The translations under genes and the position numbers were made by a program. From positions 544,001-608,000 of the forward strand of contig JAULAX010000015.1 of assembly GCA_032654565.1 (NCBI GenBank): 64,000 nucleotides of DNA, read 5' to 3'. The DNA comes from Anaeromyxobacteraceae bacterium. GTDB taxonomy: Bacteria; Myxococcota; Myxococcia; Myxococcales; Anaeromyxobacteraceae. The notes beneath the pieces were generated by a model. The model saw only the letters and a list, made by a program, of their open reading frames with translations. It was not told the DNA's origin and ran no database searches. Of the stretch, positions 33,712 through 43,700 are shown piece after piece (within the stretch, counting starts at the first letter, position 1; each line of letters opens with the position of its first letter).

Positions 33712-34836
33712 TCAAGGCTCGAAGAGGGCCCGGGCCGCCTCGAGGTTGGCGCTGGCGTGGGCGGCGTAGCCGGCCCGCCGGGCCCGCAGCTCGTTGACCA
33801 GCTCGAGGCCGGTCTTGTCGCAGGGCGGCAGCTCGACGTCGCTGCGGCCGAGGGGCGTGGTCCGCTCGCCCCAGCGCACCAGGTGGGCGCACCAGGTGAG
33901 GCCGGCGCCGAAGGCCGGCATGAGCAGCCAGGCGCCGGGGGTGACCCGCCCCTCCTCCAGCGCCTCCACCAGCGCCACCGGCACCGTGGCCGCCGACATG
34001 TTGGCGTAGCGGTGGACGTTGACGAAGACCTTGGCCGCGTCGACGCCGATGCGCCGCCCCACCGCGTCGATGATGCGCAGGTTGGCCTGGTGGGGGATGA
34101 CCAGGTCGACGTCGCCGATGGCCAGGCCGCGCTTGGCCAGCGCCTCCTGCCCGGCCAGCGCCATGCCCACCACGGCGCGCTTGAAGATCTCCGACCCCTC
34201 GAAGATCCAGCGGGTGTGGCCGTAGGGGATGCCGCGGTTGGCGAAGCGGCCGCCCACGCCGCGGATGTCGAGCGCCCCGCGGGCGTCGGCGTAGCAGCCG
34301 AGCCGCTCGGCCTGCAGCCCCTCCTCGCGGTCGGTGGCCTGGAGGATGACGGCGCCGCAGCCGTCGCCGAAGAGGATGGCGGTGTTGCGGTCCTCCCAGT
34401 CGAGGAAGGGGGTGGGGACCTCGCCGCCCACCACCAGCGCCGTCTTCACCACCCCGGTGCGGATCAGCGCGGTGGCGGTGGAGACCCCGTAGAGGAAGCT
34501 GGTGCAGGCGGTGTTGAGGTCCATGGCGGCGGCGTTGACCGCCCCCAGCCGGTGCTGCAGCCCGGAGGCCACGTTGGGCGCCATCTCGTCGCCGATGGTG
34601 CTCCCCACGATGACCAGGTCGAGCGCGTCGGCCGGGAGCCCGGCGCAGGCCAGGGCCCGCGAGGAGGCCACCACCGCCAGCTCGCCGAGCGAGACGTGGG
34701 AGACGCGCCGCTCCTTCATCCCGGTGCGGCTGACGATCCACTCGTCGCTGGTCTCCAGGAAGGTGCCGAGATCGGCGTTGGTGAGCACGGCCGGGGGCAG
34801 GCACTTGCCCCAGCCGGTGATGGCAGCGTGGGTCAT
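33712..34836 (-). CDS. fabH: Beta-ketoacyl-ACP synthase III
   Basis: ETSDEWIVSRTG, TACTSF, LFGDG, PHQANLRII, ANMSAA, FGAGLTW. Confidence 0.9.
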   Translation of the reverse strand: MTHAAITGWGKCLPPAVLTNADLGTFLETSDEWIVSRTGMKERRVSHVSLGELAVVASSRALACAGLPADALDLVIVGSTIGDEMAPNVASGLQHRLGAVNAAAMDLNTACTSFLYGVSTATALIRTGVVKTALVVGGEVPTPFLDWEDRNTAILFGDGCGAVILQATDREEGLQAERLGCYADARGALDIRGVGGRFANRGIPYGHTRWIFEGSEIFKRAVVGMALAGQEALAKRGLAIGDVDLVIPHQANLRIIDAVGRRIGVDAAKVFVNVHRYANMSAATVPVALVEALEEGRVTPGAWLLMPAFGAGLTWCAHLVRWGERTTPLGRSDVELPPCDKTGLELVNELRARRAGYAAHASANLEAARALFEP

Positions 34837-34902
34837 CGAGATCCTCATCGTGGGGAGCGGAGGCGGGGGAGGGAGGGTACCCCGAGCGGCCGGCCGGGGG
34901 CT

Positions 34903-35610
34903 TTACGCGCCGCGGCGTGGCGCCGCCAGCACCAGCCGCCGGGCCCGCTCGGCCCGCTTGGCCGAGAGCTCCACGCCGACGGCGTCGAGGCCGTGGAGGT
35001 TGGCCACCGCCAGCATGGTGCCGAGGCCGCAGAAGGGATCGACCACGGTGCGGCAGCCGGTGTCGGCGAGGAGGAAGCGGGCCACCGCCTCGCAGGCCTC
35101 GCGCCCCATGGCCCGGGCCCAGGTCATCTCGCCGAGGCGGGGGAGCACGTCGGGGCTGGAGCGGCCGGGGGGCAGCCGCAGCCCGCGCGAGAGGCAGAGC
35201 AGGTGGGCGTAGGCGGGCCGGCCGAAGGTGGTGATCCCCGGGGGCGCGCGGCAGACCACCTTGTGCCAGAGCAGGTGGGCCCCGGCCCGGTCGGCGCCGG
35301 TGAGCACCAGGTGGGCCTTGTCGACCCAGCGGCCGTCCCGCTTCACGTCGGTCTGGTAGAAGACCGCCACCGCCTGGTCGGCCACGGCGGCGCAGCAGAG
35401 CGCCGCGGCCTCCACGAACCAGTCGCGCCAGCCCTCGAAGCCGAGCCCGGGCAGCTCGGAGGCGTCGGGGAGCGAGGTGACCACCGCCTGGTCGGCGGGG
35501 AGGCGGCCGGTCCGCAGGAAGGCCACGCCGTCGCCGCAGCTGACCTGGCGCCGGGGCTGGCCCGGGCCCGGGGCGCCGTCGCCGTCGCCGCGCTCGGGGG
35601 CGTCGACCAT
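34903..35610 (-). CDS. SAM-dependent methyltransferase with DNA N4/N6-methylase-like motif order
   Basis: CGDGVAFL, VVTSLPD, VVDPFCGLGT, GVELS. Confidence 0.75.
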   Translation of the reverse strand: MVDAPERGDGDGAPGPGQPRRQVSCGDGVAFLRTGRLPADQAVVTSLPDASELPGLGFEGWRDWFVEAAALCCAAVADQAVAVFYQTDVKRDGRWVDKAHLVLTGADRAGAHLLWHKVVCRAPPGITTFGRPAYAHLLCLSRGLRLPPGRSSPDVLPRLGEMTWARAMGREACEAVARFLLADTGCRTVVDPFCGLGTMLAVANLHGLDAVGVELSAKRAERARRLVLAAPRRGA

Positions 35611-35615
35611 GGCGG

Positions 35616-36770
35616 CTAGAGCCCGACCAGCTTGGCGATGATCTCCTTCATGATCTCGGCGGTGCCGCCGGCGATGGGCAGCGCCCGCACGTCGCGCCAG
35701 GCCCGGGCGATGTCGGTCTCCACCATGTAGCCCATGCCGCCGTGGAACTGCATGCAGTCGTAGGCCACCTCCTGCACCAGGTCGCAGGCCACCAGCTTGG
35801 CCATGGAGATCTCCTTCACCGCCATCTCCTTGCGGTTGAAGAGGTCGGCGGCCCGGTAGGTGAGCCAGCGGGCCGCCTCCACCGCCGCCAGGTGCTCGGC
35901 GAACTTGTGGCGCCAGACCTGGAAGCTGGCGATGGGACGGCCGAAGGCGGTGCGCTCCTGCCCGTAGGCCATGGCCTCGTCGAGCATGAGCTGGGCGCCG
36001 GCCACCGCGGTGACGGCCGCCACCAGCCGCTCCCCCTGGAAGCCGGTCATGATCTGGAAGAACCCCTGGTTCTCCTCGCCGAGCAGGTAGCGGGCCGGGA
36101 TGCGGCAGTCGTCGAAGTGGAGGATGGCGGTGTCGGAGGAGAGGTTTCCCACCTTCTCCAGCTTCTTGCCGACCGAGAAGCCGGTGACGTCGGTGGGGAA
36201 GGTGCAGAGCGAGAGGCCGCCGTAGCCCGGCTCGCCGGTCCGCACCGCCAGGGTGAGGAAGTCGGCGCGGGCCCCGTTGGAGATCCACATCTTGGAGCCG
36301 TTGATGACCAGGTCGTCGCCGTCGCGCCGCGCCGAGGTGACGATCGAGGCCACGTCGGAGCCGGCGTTGGGCTCGGAGATGGCCAGGGCCGCCACCTTCT
36401 CGCCGGCCAGGGCCGGCGCCAGGAACTCACGCTTCTGCTCGTCGCTCCCCAGCTCGCCGATGATGGGCGTGGCCATCTCGCCCTGCACCAGCATGGCGGT
36501 GCCGAGCCCGCCGTTCTTGCAGCGCACCAGCTCCTCGGCGTAGGCCACCACGTACCAGTAGTCGAGACCGGAGCCGCCCCAGGCCGGGTCGTGGCGGATG
36601 CCGAGGAGCCCCAGCTCGCCGAAGCGGCGGAAGAGGGCGCGCGGGAACTCGCCGGCGTCGTCCCACTCGCGGGCGTGCGGGGCCAGCTCCCCCTCGGCGA
36701 ACTTGCGGACGGTGCGGCGGAAGGCCTGGTGGTCCTCGGTGAAAGGCTCGAAGGCGATGGCGCTGGGCAT
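35616..36770 (-). CDS. Acyl-CoA dehydrogenase
   Basis: ISEPNAGSDVA, KMWISNG, RTAFGRPI, HGGMGY, IAGGTAEIM. Confidence 0.93.
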   Translation of the reverse strand: MPSAIAFEPFTEDHQAFRRTVRKFAEGELAPHAREWDDAGEFPRALFRRFGELGLLGIRHDPAWGGSGLDYWYVVAYAEELVRCKNGGLGTAMLVQGEMATPIIGELGSDEQKREFLAPALAGEKVAALAISEPNAGSDVASIVTSARRDGDDLVINGSKMWISNGARADFLTLAVRTGEPGYGGLSLCTFPTDVTGFSVGKKLEKVGNLSSDTAILHFDDCRIPARYLLGEENQGFFQIMTGFQGERLVAAVTAVAGAQLMLDEAMAYGQERTAFGRPIASFQVWRHKFAEHLAAVEAARWLTYRAADLFNRKEMAVKEISMAKLVACDLVQEVAYDCMQFHGGMGYMVETDIARAWRDVRALPIAGGTAEIMKEIIAKLVGL

Positions 36771-36871
36771 GGCGGCGAGCAGACCAGAGGCGGGGTGGCG
36801 AGGCAAGGCGGGATGGGCCGGCCCTTGCCGCGGGCCGCCGGCTGGGGTCTGCTGCACGGCAGGAGGCCGGC

Positions 36872-37705
36872 ATGAAGGCGACCGAGTGGACCTGGCGGAG
36901 CGGGGACGGGCTGGAGATGCAGGCCCGCGAGTGGGTGCCGGACGGCGCGGCGCGGGGGCTGGTGGTGCTGGTCCACGGCTTCGACGACCACGGCGGCCGC
37001 TACACCCACGTCGGCAAGGCCTTCGCCGAGGCCGGCTTCGTCCTCTGCAGCTACGACGCCCGCGGCCACGGCCGCTCCGGCGGCAAGCGGGCCTACGTCG
37101 ACCGCTACGACCAGCTGCTCGACGACGTCGGCGCCTTCATCGAGCTGGTGGGCTTCCGCCACCCGGGCCTGCCCCGCCTCCTCTACGGCCACTCCATGGG
37201 CGGCAACCAGGTGCTCAACTTCCTGCTGCGCCGTCGGCCCAGGCTGGCGGGCGCCGTGGCCACCAGCCCGTGGCTGGAGCTGGCGGTGACCCCGCCGGGC
37301 TGGCAGGTGGCGGCGGCGCGGGTGGCGGCCCGGCTGCTCGGCGGCGTGTCGCTCCCCACCGGCATGAACAGCGGCGCCATCTCCCGCGACCCGGAGGTGG
37401 TCAAGGCCTACCAGGCCGACCCCATGGTGCGCGGGAAGATCACCCCCAAGCTGCTGGTCCACGTGCTCGACGCCGGCGCCTGGGCCATCGAGCACGCCGG
37501 CGAGCTCACCGTGCCGACGCTCATCCTGCACGGCGACTCCGACGAGATCACCTCGGAGGGGGCCAGCCGGCGCTTCGCCGAGGCGGCCGGACCGCTGGCC
37601 ACCTTCCGCAGCTGGCCGGGCGGCTTCCACGAACTGCACAACGAGCCGGAGAAGGCCGAGGTGCTGAAGGTGATCACCGACTGGGTGGCCGCCCGGGTCG
37701 CCTAG
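36872..37705 (+). CDS. Lysophospholipase-like alpha/beta hydrolase
   Basis: VHGFDDH, DARGHGRS, GHSMGG, HGDSD, HELHNE. Confidence 0.9.
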   Translation: MKATEWTWRSGDGLEMQAREWVPDGAARGLVVLVHGFDDHGGRYTHVGKAFAEAGFVLCSYDARGHGRSGGKRAYVDRYDQLLDDVGAFIELVGFRHPGLPRLLYGHSMGGNQVLNFLLRRRPRLAGAVATSPWLELAVTPPGWQVAAARVAARLLGGVSLPTGMNSGAISRDPEVVKAYQADPMVRGKITPKLLVHVLDAGAWAIEHAGELTVPTLILHGDSDEITSEGASRRFAEAAGPLATFRSWPGGFHELHNEPEKAEVLKVITDWVAARVA

Positions 37706-37753
37706 GGGCCGGCGCCCGCTCCAGGGCCTGGCCGCGCCGGCCGGGCCGCCGGT

Positions 37754-38575
37754 TCAGGCGCGGTGGCCCAGGAACTTCTCCAGCGCCACCCGGACCGAGC
37801 GCTCCACCGCCGCCGGCATGGGCGCCTCGCCGGCCCGCTTGCAGAGGGCCAGGGTGGAGCGGAGCGAGTCGCAGCGCCCCCGGCAGACCGGGCAGGTCTG
37901 CAGGTGCTGCTCCAGGTCGGCGCAGGAGGCGCCGTCGATCTCCCCCTCCATGCGGCGGGAGAAGAGCTCGACCACGTCGCGGCAGCTGGGCAGGGGCGCG
38001 CCGTCGACGCCGAGGCCGAGCGCCGGCGCCACCTGCTCGCGGACCGACATGCGGGCCCGGTGGAGCCGGCTCTTCACCGCCTCCACCGAGAGGCCGAGCG
38101 CCTCGGCCACCTCGGCGGCGGGGAGCCCCTCGACGTCGCGCAGCACCAGCACCTCCCGGTACATGGGCTCGAGGGTGGCGATGGCGGCGTCGAGGGCCAG
38201 CTGCAGCTGCCGGCCGGCGGCCACCTCCTCGGGGGAGCGGCCGGGGTCGGCCACCGCGCCGCCGGGGCCGGCCTCCTCGTCGAGCGACTCCATGGAGGTG
38301 GGGGCGAACTTGCTGGTCCGCCGCCGCTTGATGCAGAAGCTCCGGGCGATGGTGTAGAGCCAGGTGGAGACCGACGAGGCCTCGCGGAACTCGGGCAGGG
38401 TGCGGGCCGCGGCCAGCAGGGTCTCCTGCACCACGTCGGCGGCGTCCTCGTCGTCGCCGCACATCTTCCTGCCGAAGCGGTAGACCCGCCCCTGGTGGCG
38501 GGACAGCAGGGCCTCGAGGGCCTGGCGGTCGCCGGCCTTGGCGGCGGTGACCAGCTCCGAATCCGGCGTGGACAT
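37754..38575 (-). CDS. ECF sigma factor with fused C-terminal zinc-finger (ZAS-type) domain
   Basis: Region 2 DAADVVQET..STWLYTIA, region 4 VKSRLHRAR, then CRDVVELFS..EQHLQTCPVC (HxxxCxxC). Confidence 0.9.
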   Translation of the reverse strand: MSTPDSELVTAAKAGDRQALEALLSRHQGRVYRFGRKMCGDDEDAADVVQETLLAAARTLPEFREASSVSTWLYTIARSFCIKRRRTSKFAPTSMESLDEEAGPGGAVADPGRSPEEVAAGRQLQLALDAAIATLEPMYREVLVLRDVEGLPAAEVAEALGLSVEAVKSRLHRARMSVREQVAPALGLGVDGAPLPSCRDVVELFSRRMEGEIDGASCADLEQHLQTCPVCRGRCDSLRSTLALCKRAGEAPMPAAVERSVRVALEKFLGHRA

Positions 38576-38635
38576 GCAGGGATGAGTAGCCGAGGTGGCC
38601 CCCGGGCACAACGCCCCGACGGCCCCCTGAAATGA

Positions 38636-38669
38636 GAAAACCCGGCCTCCGCGAGGAGGTCGGGCTTTC
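38636..38669 (-). terminator. Intrinsic terminator of the cold-shock gene
   Basis: gaaaacccggcctcc-gcga-ggaggtcgggctttc; U-run on the minus strand. Confidence 0.8.
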
Positions 38670-38699
38670 AGTGCCGCGAAAGATTCGCGACGGACGCGA

Positions 38700-38906
38700 C
38701 TAGGCGACCGGACGGACGTTCGCCGCCTGCAGGCCCTTCGGGCCCTTGGTCACGTCGAACTCCACCTTCTGGCCCTCGGCCAGCGAGCGGAACCCGTCGG
38801 CCTGGATGGCCGTGTGGTGGCAGAAGACATCCTCGCCACCGCTGTCCTGCGTGATGAACCCAAAGCCCTTCGCGTCGTTGAACCACTTCACGGTACCGGT
38901 AGCCAT
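38700..38906 (-). CDS. Cold-shock protein (Csp family)
   Basis: [18 protein letters not shown]...DVFCHH...[10 protein letters not shown]. Confidence 0.96.
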   Translation of the reverse strand: MATGTVKWFNDAKGFGFITQDSGGEDVFCHHTAIQADGFRSLAEGQKVEFDVTKGPKGLQAANVRPVA

Positions 38907-39111
38907 GTGCTGTCGTACTCTTTTCTGTCTGTGAACGCGCGGCTGTGTGCCGTCGCGGTGGAGCATGGACTCCCTGACGGGGAGCGAGTGGAGGATCTAG
39001 TCGATCCAGAGAAGGATGTCGAGCGCCCGGATCACGATCGGATACGTAACCCCCCTTGGGGGGAGCGGGCCCCGGCGCGCCCCGGCGATATCGCCCCGCC
39101 CCGGATCCATG

Positions 39112-39147
39112 TCTCAGGAACCTGATATAATCATCAGCACCCTGAGA
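39112..39147 (+). promoter_or_regulatory. marR promoter/operator
   Basis: Boxes TCAGGAACCTGA and TCAGCACCCTGA flank TATAAT (39126-31); the whole 36 bp is an imperfect palindrome. Confidence 0.8.
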
Positions 39148-39162
39148 TGAGGCGGTGACGGC

Positions 39163-39576
39163 GTGGACGATCGGGTCGGCTACATGCTGAAGCGGGTGCA
39201 GGCGGCCCACCGGGCCGGCCTCGACGAGCAGCTCCGGCCACGGGGGCTGACCGCGCCCCAGTACGCCCTGCTGGCGGCGCTGGAGCGCGAGCCTGGGACC
39301 TCCAACGCCGAGCTGGCGCGGCGGGCCTTCGTGACCCCGCAGACCATGGTCCGCGTCCTCGAGCACCTCGAGGCGGCCGGGCTGGTGGTGCGTCACCCCC
39401 ACCCCGGGCACGGCCGGATCCTGCTGGCCTCGCTGACCACCCGGGGGGCCAGGCTGGTGGCCGGCTGCCACGCCGGGGCCGCCGAGGTGGAGCAGCGGAT
39501 GCTGGCCGGGCTCGGCCCCGAGCAGCGCCGGCAGCTGCTCGACCTGCTGGTGAAGTGCGCGGTGGCGCTGGGGTAG
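39163..39576 (+). CDS. MarR family transcriptional regulator
   Basis: GLTAPQYALL, SNAELARRAFVTPQTM, LEAAGLVVR, LTTRG. Confidence 0.92.
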   Translation: MDDRVGYMLKRVQAAHRAGLDEQLRPRGLTAPQYALLAALEREPGTSNAELARRAFVTPQTMVRVLEHLEAAGLVVRHPHPGHGRILLASLTTRGARLVAGCHAGAAEVEQRMLAGLGPEQRRQLLDLLVKCAVALG

Positions 39577-39599
39577 GCTGCAGGGAGCGGAGGGGACCA

Positions 39600-40751
39600 A
39601 TGCGCATCATCGTCGCGCCGGACTCGTTCAAGGGCAGCGCCTCGGCGCTGGAGGTGGCGCGGGCCATGGAGCGCGGCGTCCGCGCCGTCTTCCCCGACGC
39701 CGAGGTGGTCAAGGTGCCCATCGCCGACGGCGGGGAGGGGACGGTGGCGGCGCTGCTCGACGCCACCGGGGGGCAGCCCCGGACCAGCCGGGTGCGCGGC
39801 CCGCTGGGCGAGCCGGTGGAGGCCGGCTGGGGCGTGCTGGGCGACGGGCGGACCGCGGTCCTGGAGATGGCCGCGGCCTCCGGGCTGCCGCTGGTCCCGG
39901 CCGGGCGGCGCGACCCGCGCCTCGCCAGCACCTCCGGCACCGGTGAGCTGGTGCGGGCGGCGCTGGACGAGGGGCTGCGCCGGCTGGTGCTCGGCATCGG
40001 CGGCAGCGCCACCAACGACGGCGGCGCCGGGCTGGCCCGGGCGCTGGGGGTCCGCTTCCTCGACGCCGCCGGGCGGGAGCTGGCCGAGGGCGGCGCGGCG
40101 CTGGCCGGCCTGGACCGCCTCGATCTCGCCGGGCTCGACCCGCGCCTCGCCACCGTCGAGCTGCTGGTGGCCTGCGACGTCGACAACCCGCTGACCGGGC
40201 CGCGCGGCGCCTCGGCGGTCTACGGCCCGCAGAAGGGGGCGACGCCGGCGGTGGTGGCCGAGCTGGACGCGGCGCTGGCCCGCTTCGCCGAGGTGGCCCG
40301 CGCCGCCACCGGGCGCGACGTGGCCTCCCTGCCGGGGGCCGGCGCCGCCGGCGGCCTGGGGGCCGGGCTGCTCTTCTTCACGCCGGCCCGCCTCCGCCCC
40401 GGCGTGGAGCTGGTGCTGGAGGCGACCGGCTTCGACCGGCTGCTGGCCGGCGCGGCGCTGGTGCTCACCGGGGAGGGGCGCACCGACGCCCAGACCGCCA
40501 TGGGCAAGGCGCCGGTGGGCGTGGCGGCGGCGGCCAGGCGTCACGGGGTCCCGGTGGTCTGCCTCTCCGGCGGGCTGGGCGACGGGGCCGACCTGGTGCT
40601 GGCCCACGGCATCGACGCGCTCGCCGCGGTGGTCCCCGGCCCCATGACGGTCGAGGAGGCGATGGCGGGCGGCGCGGCGCTCATCGAGGCGGCCACGGCG
40701 CGGGTCTGCCGGCTGCTCGCGGTGGGGCGGTCGCTGGCCTCGCGGGCCTAG
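39600..40751 (+). CDS. Glycerate kinase (GlxK/GarK family)
   Basis: [47 protein letters not shown]. Confidence 0.95.
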   Translation: MRIIVAPDSFKGSASALEVARAMERGVRAVFPDAEVVKVPIADGGEGTVAALLDATGGQPRTSRVRGPLGEPVEAGWGVLGDGRTAVLEMAAASGLPLVPAGRRDPRLASTSGTGELVRAALDEGLRRLVLGIGGSATNDGGAGLARALGVRFLDAAGRELAEGGAALAGLDRLDLAGLDPRLATVELLVACDVDNPLTGPRGASAVYGPQKGATPAVVAELDAALARFAEVARAATGRDVASLPGAGAAGGLGAGLLFFTPARLRPGVELVLEATGFDRLLAGAALVLTGEGRTDAQTAMGKAPVGVAAAARRHGVPVVCLSGGLGDGADLVLAHGIDALAAVVPGPMTVEEAMAGGAALIEAATARVCRLLAVGRSLASRA

Positions 40752-40755
40752 AGCA

Positions 40756-43700
40756 CTAGCCCAGCACCACGCGCACCCGGTGGGTGGCGCCGTCGTCGGC
40801 CAGCGGGATCACCGAGGCGTCGACGGCCACCCCGTCGAGCTCCGCCGTGGCCACCCCGCGGCACCGCCGCTGCGGGTTGGCGACCTCGATCTGGTAGCGG
40901 GTCCGGCCGACGCGCCAGGAGATGGAGAAGCCCGGCCACCCGGCCGGGATGCAGGGGGCCACCTCGAAGGTGGCGCCGGTGCGCCGCAGGCCGAGGATGC
41001 TCTCCAGGCCGGCCCGGTAGAGCCAGCCGGCCGAGCCGGTGTACCAGGTCCAGCCGGCCTGCCCGGCGTGGTCCGGGTGGGCGCAGACGTCGCCGGCCAC
41101 CACGTAGGGCTCGCCCCGGTAGCGCGCCAGGTCCGGCCCGGTGCGGGTGTGGTTGACCGGGTTGAGGAGGTGGAAGAGCTCGGTGGCCTCGTCGCCGCTC
41201 CCGAGCCGGGCCAGCGCCATGACGATCCAGGCGGCGGCGTGGGTGTACTGGCCGCCGTTCTCGCGCACGCCGGGCGGGTAGCCCTTGATGTAGCCGGGGG
41301 CCTGCGTCGAGCGGTCGAACGGCGGCGTCAGCAGCACCACCACCTGGGCCCCGCGCCGCACCAGGTGGGTGCGGACCGAGTCCATGGCCCGCTCGGCCAG
41401 CCGCGGCGGGGCCACGCCGGAGAGCACCGCCCAGGACTGGGCGATCGAGTCGATGCGGCACTCGTCCTGCTGCGCCGAGCCGAGCGGCGTGCCGTCGTCG
41501 TAGTAGCCGCGGCGGTACCACTCGCCGTCCCAGCTCCGCTCCAGCGCGGCGGCGATGCGGACCGCCTCGGCGCGGTAGCGAACGGCCCGCGCCGCGTCCC
41601 CCCGCTCCAGGCAGAGGGCGCCGAAGTCGTCGAGCACGGTCTTGAGGAAGAACCCCAGCCAGGCGCTCTCGCCGCGCCCCTCGCTCCCGACCCGGTTCAT
41701 CCCGTCGTTCCAGTCGCCGCTCCCCATCAGCGGCAGGCCGTGGGCGCCGGAGGTGAGGGCCCGCTCCAGGGCGCGCACGCCGTGCTCGAAGAGCGAGGCC
41801 TCCTCGGCGGAGACCTGGGGCTGGCCGTAGGCCTCCTGCGACTCCGGGGCCAGCGCCGGCGCCTCCAGGAAGGGGACGCGCTCCTCGAGGATGGCGGCGT
41901 CGCCGGTGGTCCGGACGTAGTGGGCCACCGCGAAGGGGAGCCAGGCCAGGTCGTCGGAGCAGCGGGTGCGGGTCCCCCGCCCGCTGGGCGGGTGCCACCA
42001 GTGCTGCACGTCGCCCTCGCGGAACTGCCGCGCCGCCGCGCGCAGCAGGTGCTCGCGCACCAGGGCGGGCCTGGCCAGGGTGAGCGCCATGGCGTCCTGG
42101 AGCTGGTCGCGGAAGCCGAAGGCGCCGCCGGGCTGGGAGTAGCCGGTGCGGGCCCAGAGGCGGCAGCCGAGGTCCTGGTAGAGGAGCCAGCGGTTCATCA
42201 GCACGTCGAAGGAGTCGTCGGGGGTGACCACCCGGACCGCCTCGAGCGTCTCGTCCCAGCCGCGCTCGACCGCCAGCCGCGCCGCGTCGGCCGCCGCGGG
42301 CGTCCCGTGCCGCTCGATCAGGGCCCGGGCCTGCGCCAGGTCCCGCCCCTCGCCGAGCAGGAAGACCAGGCGGCGGGTCTCGCCCGGCTCGAGGGTGACG
42401 GCGACCTGCAGCGCCGCGCAGGGATCGAGCCCGGCGCCGAAGCGGGCCGGGAGCGTCTCCAGGCCGAGCGCCGCCGGCCGCGCCAGGCTCCCGTTCCGTC
42501 CCAGGAAGGCGGTCCGGTCCCCGGTGGCCGAGCGGATCCGGCCGCCGGCCCAGGCGAAGGCGACGCGGCCGGCGAACTCGTGGTTCCAGGCGTTGCTGGC
42601 CAGCACCGCCCCGGTCGGCGCGTCCAGCGCCGTCACCACGTGCTGCTCCTGGCCGGCGCGCGGCGGACCCAGCACCCACTCGCAGTAGGAGTAGACCGAG
42701 AGGCGGCGCCGCAGGGGCCCCTCGTTGGTGAGCGAGAGGGAGGCGAACTTCACCGGGTCGACCGGGTCGACGAAGACCTCGAGCGCCTGGCGGATGCCCT
42801 GGGTGGCGCGGGCGAAGCGGGTGATCCCGGCACCGTGGCGGATCACGAACCGGCCGCTGTCGCGCTGCCGCGGCAGCGGCCCCGGGGTGGGTGACCAGGC
42901 CTCGCCGGTGTCGTCGTCCCGGATCAGGAGCGCCTCGGCGCTCGGGTCGGTGACCGGGTCGTTGGCGAACGGGGTGAGCCGGTTCTCGCGGCTGTTCCCC
43001 GACCAGGTGAAGGCGGCGCCCGACGCCGTCACCACGGTGCCGAAGTCGGGGTTGGCGATGACGTTGACCCAGGGGAGCGGGGTCTCCTCGTCGCCCTCGA
43101 GGACGATGGCGTACTCCCGTCCACCCGAGGTGAAGCCGCCGAGGCCGTTGGCGAGGGCCAGCACGGGGATCTCGGGCTGGGCCATGGGCGGGGGCGGGGC
43201 GCGGGGCCCGCGCGGCAGCGCCAGCGGGGCCGGGTCCGGCTCCGCCGCCGGGAGCTCGGGGCGGTCCAGCTGGTTGGCCAGCGTCCCGGCGCTGCCCACC
43301 AGCACCGCGCGCGCCACGCCGGCCAGCAGGAGCCGCTCGGCCTCGGTCATGCGATCGCCGCGCAGCAGGTAGGCGCCGCCGGGGCGGTGCTTCCAGGCGC
43401 GCCAGGGCCCATCGTCGAGCAGGGCGGTGAGCTGGGCCTGCACCTCGTCCAGGTAGCTGATGGGGTGCTCGTTCAGGATCACCACGTCGGCGCTCAGCCC
43501 CTTGAGCCGCCAGTACTCCTGCGCCTTGAGCGTCTGCCGGACCAGCCCGAGGTCGTTGTCGGAGACCACCCGCACCAGCAGGACCGGGAGGTCGCCGGAG
43601 ACGCCGTGGACCCAGAGCCCCTCCTGCCCCAGCTGGTTCTGGGCCAGCAGCTCGGCGCCGGAGCGCAGCGAGGCGTCGCTGTAGAGCACCCGCGACGCCA

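Noticed and set aside
34903..35610. Restriction-modification system
   Set aside because: Canonical catalytic motif is absent and there is no adjacent endonuclease; the HNH gene is ~17 kb away.
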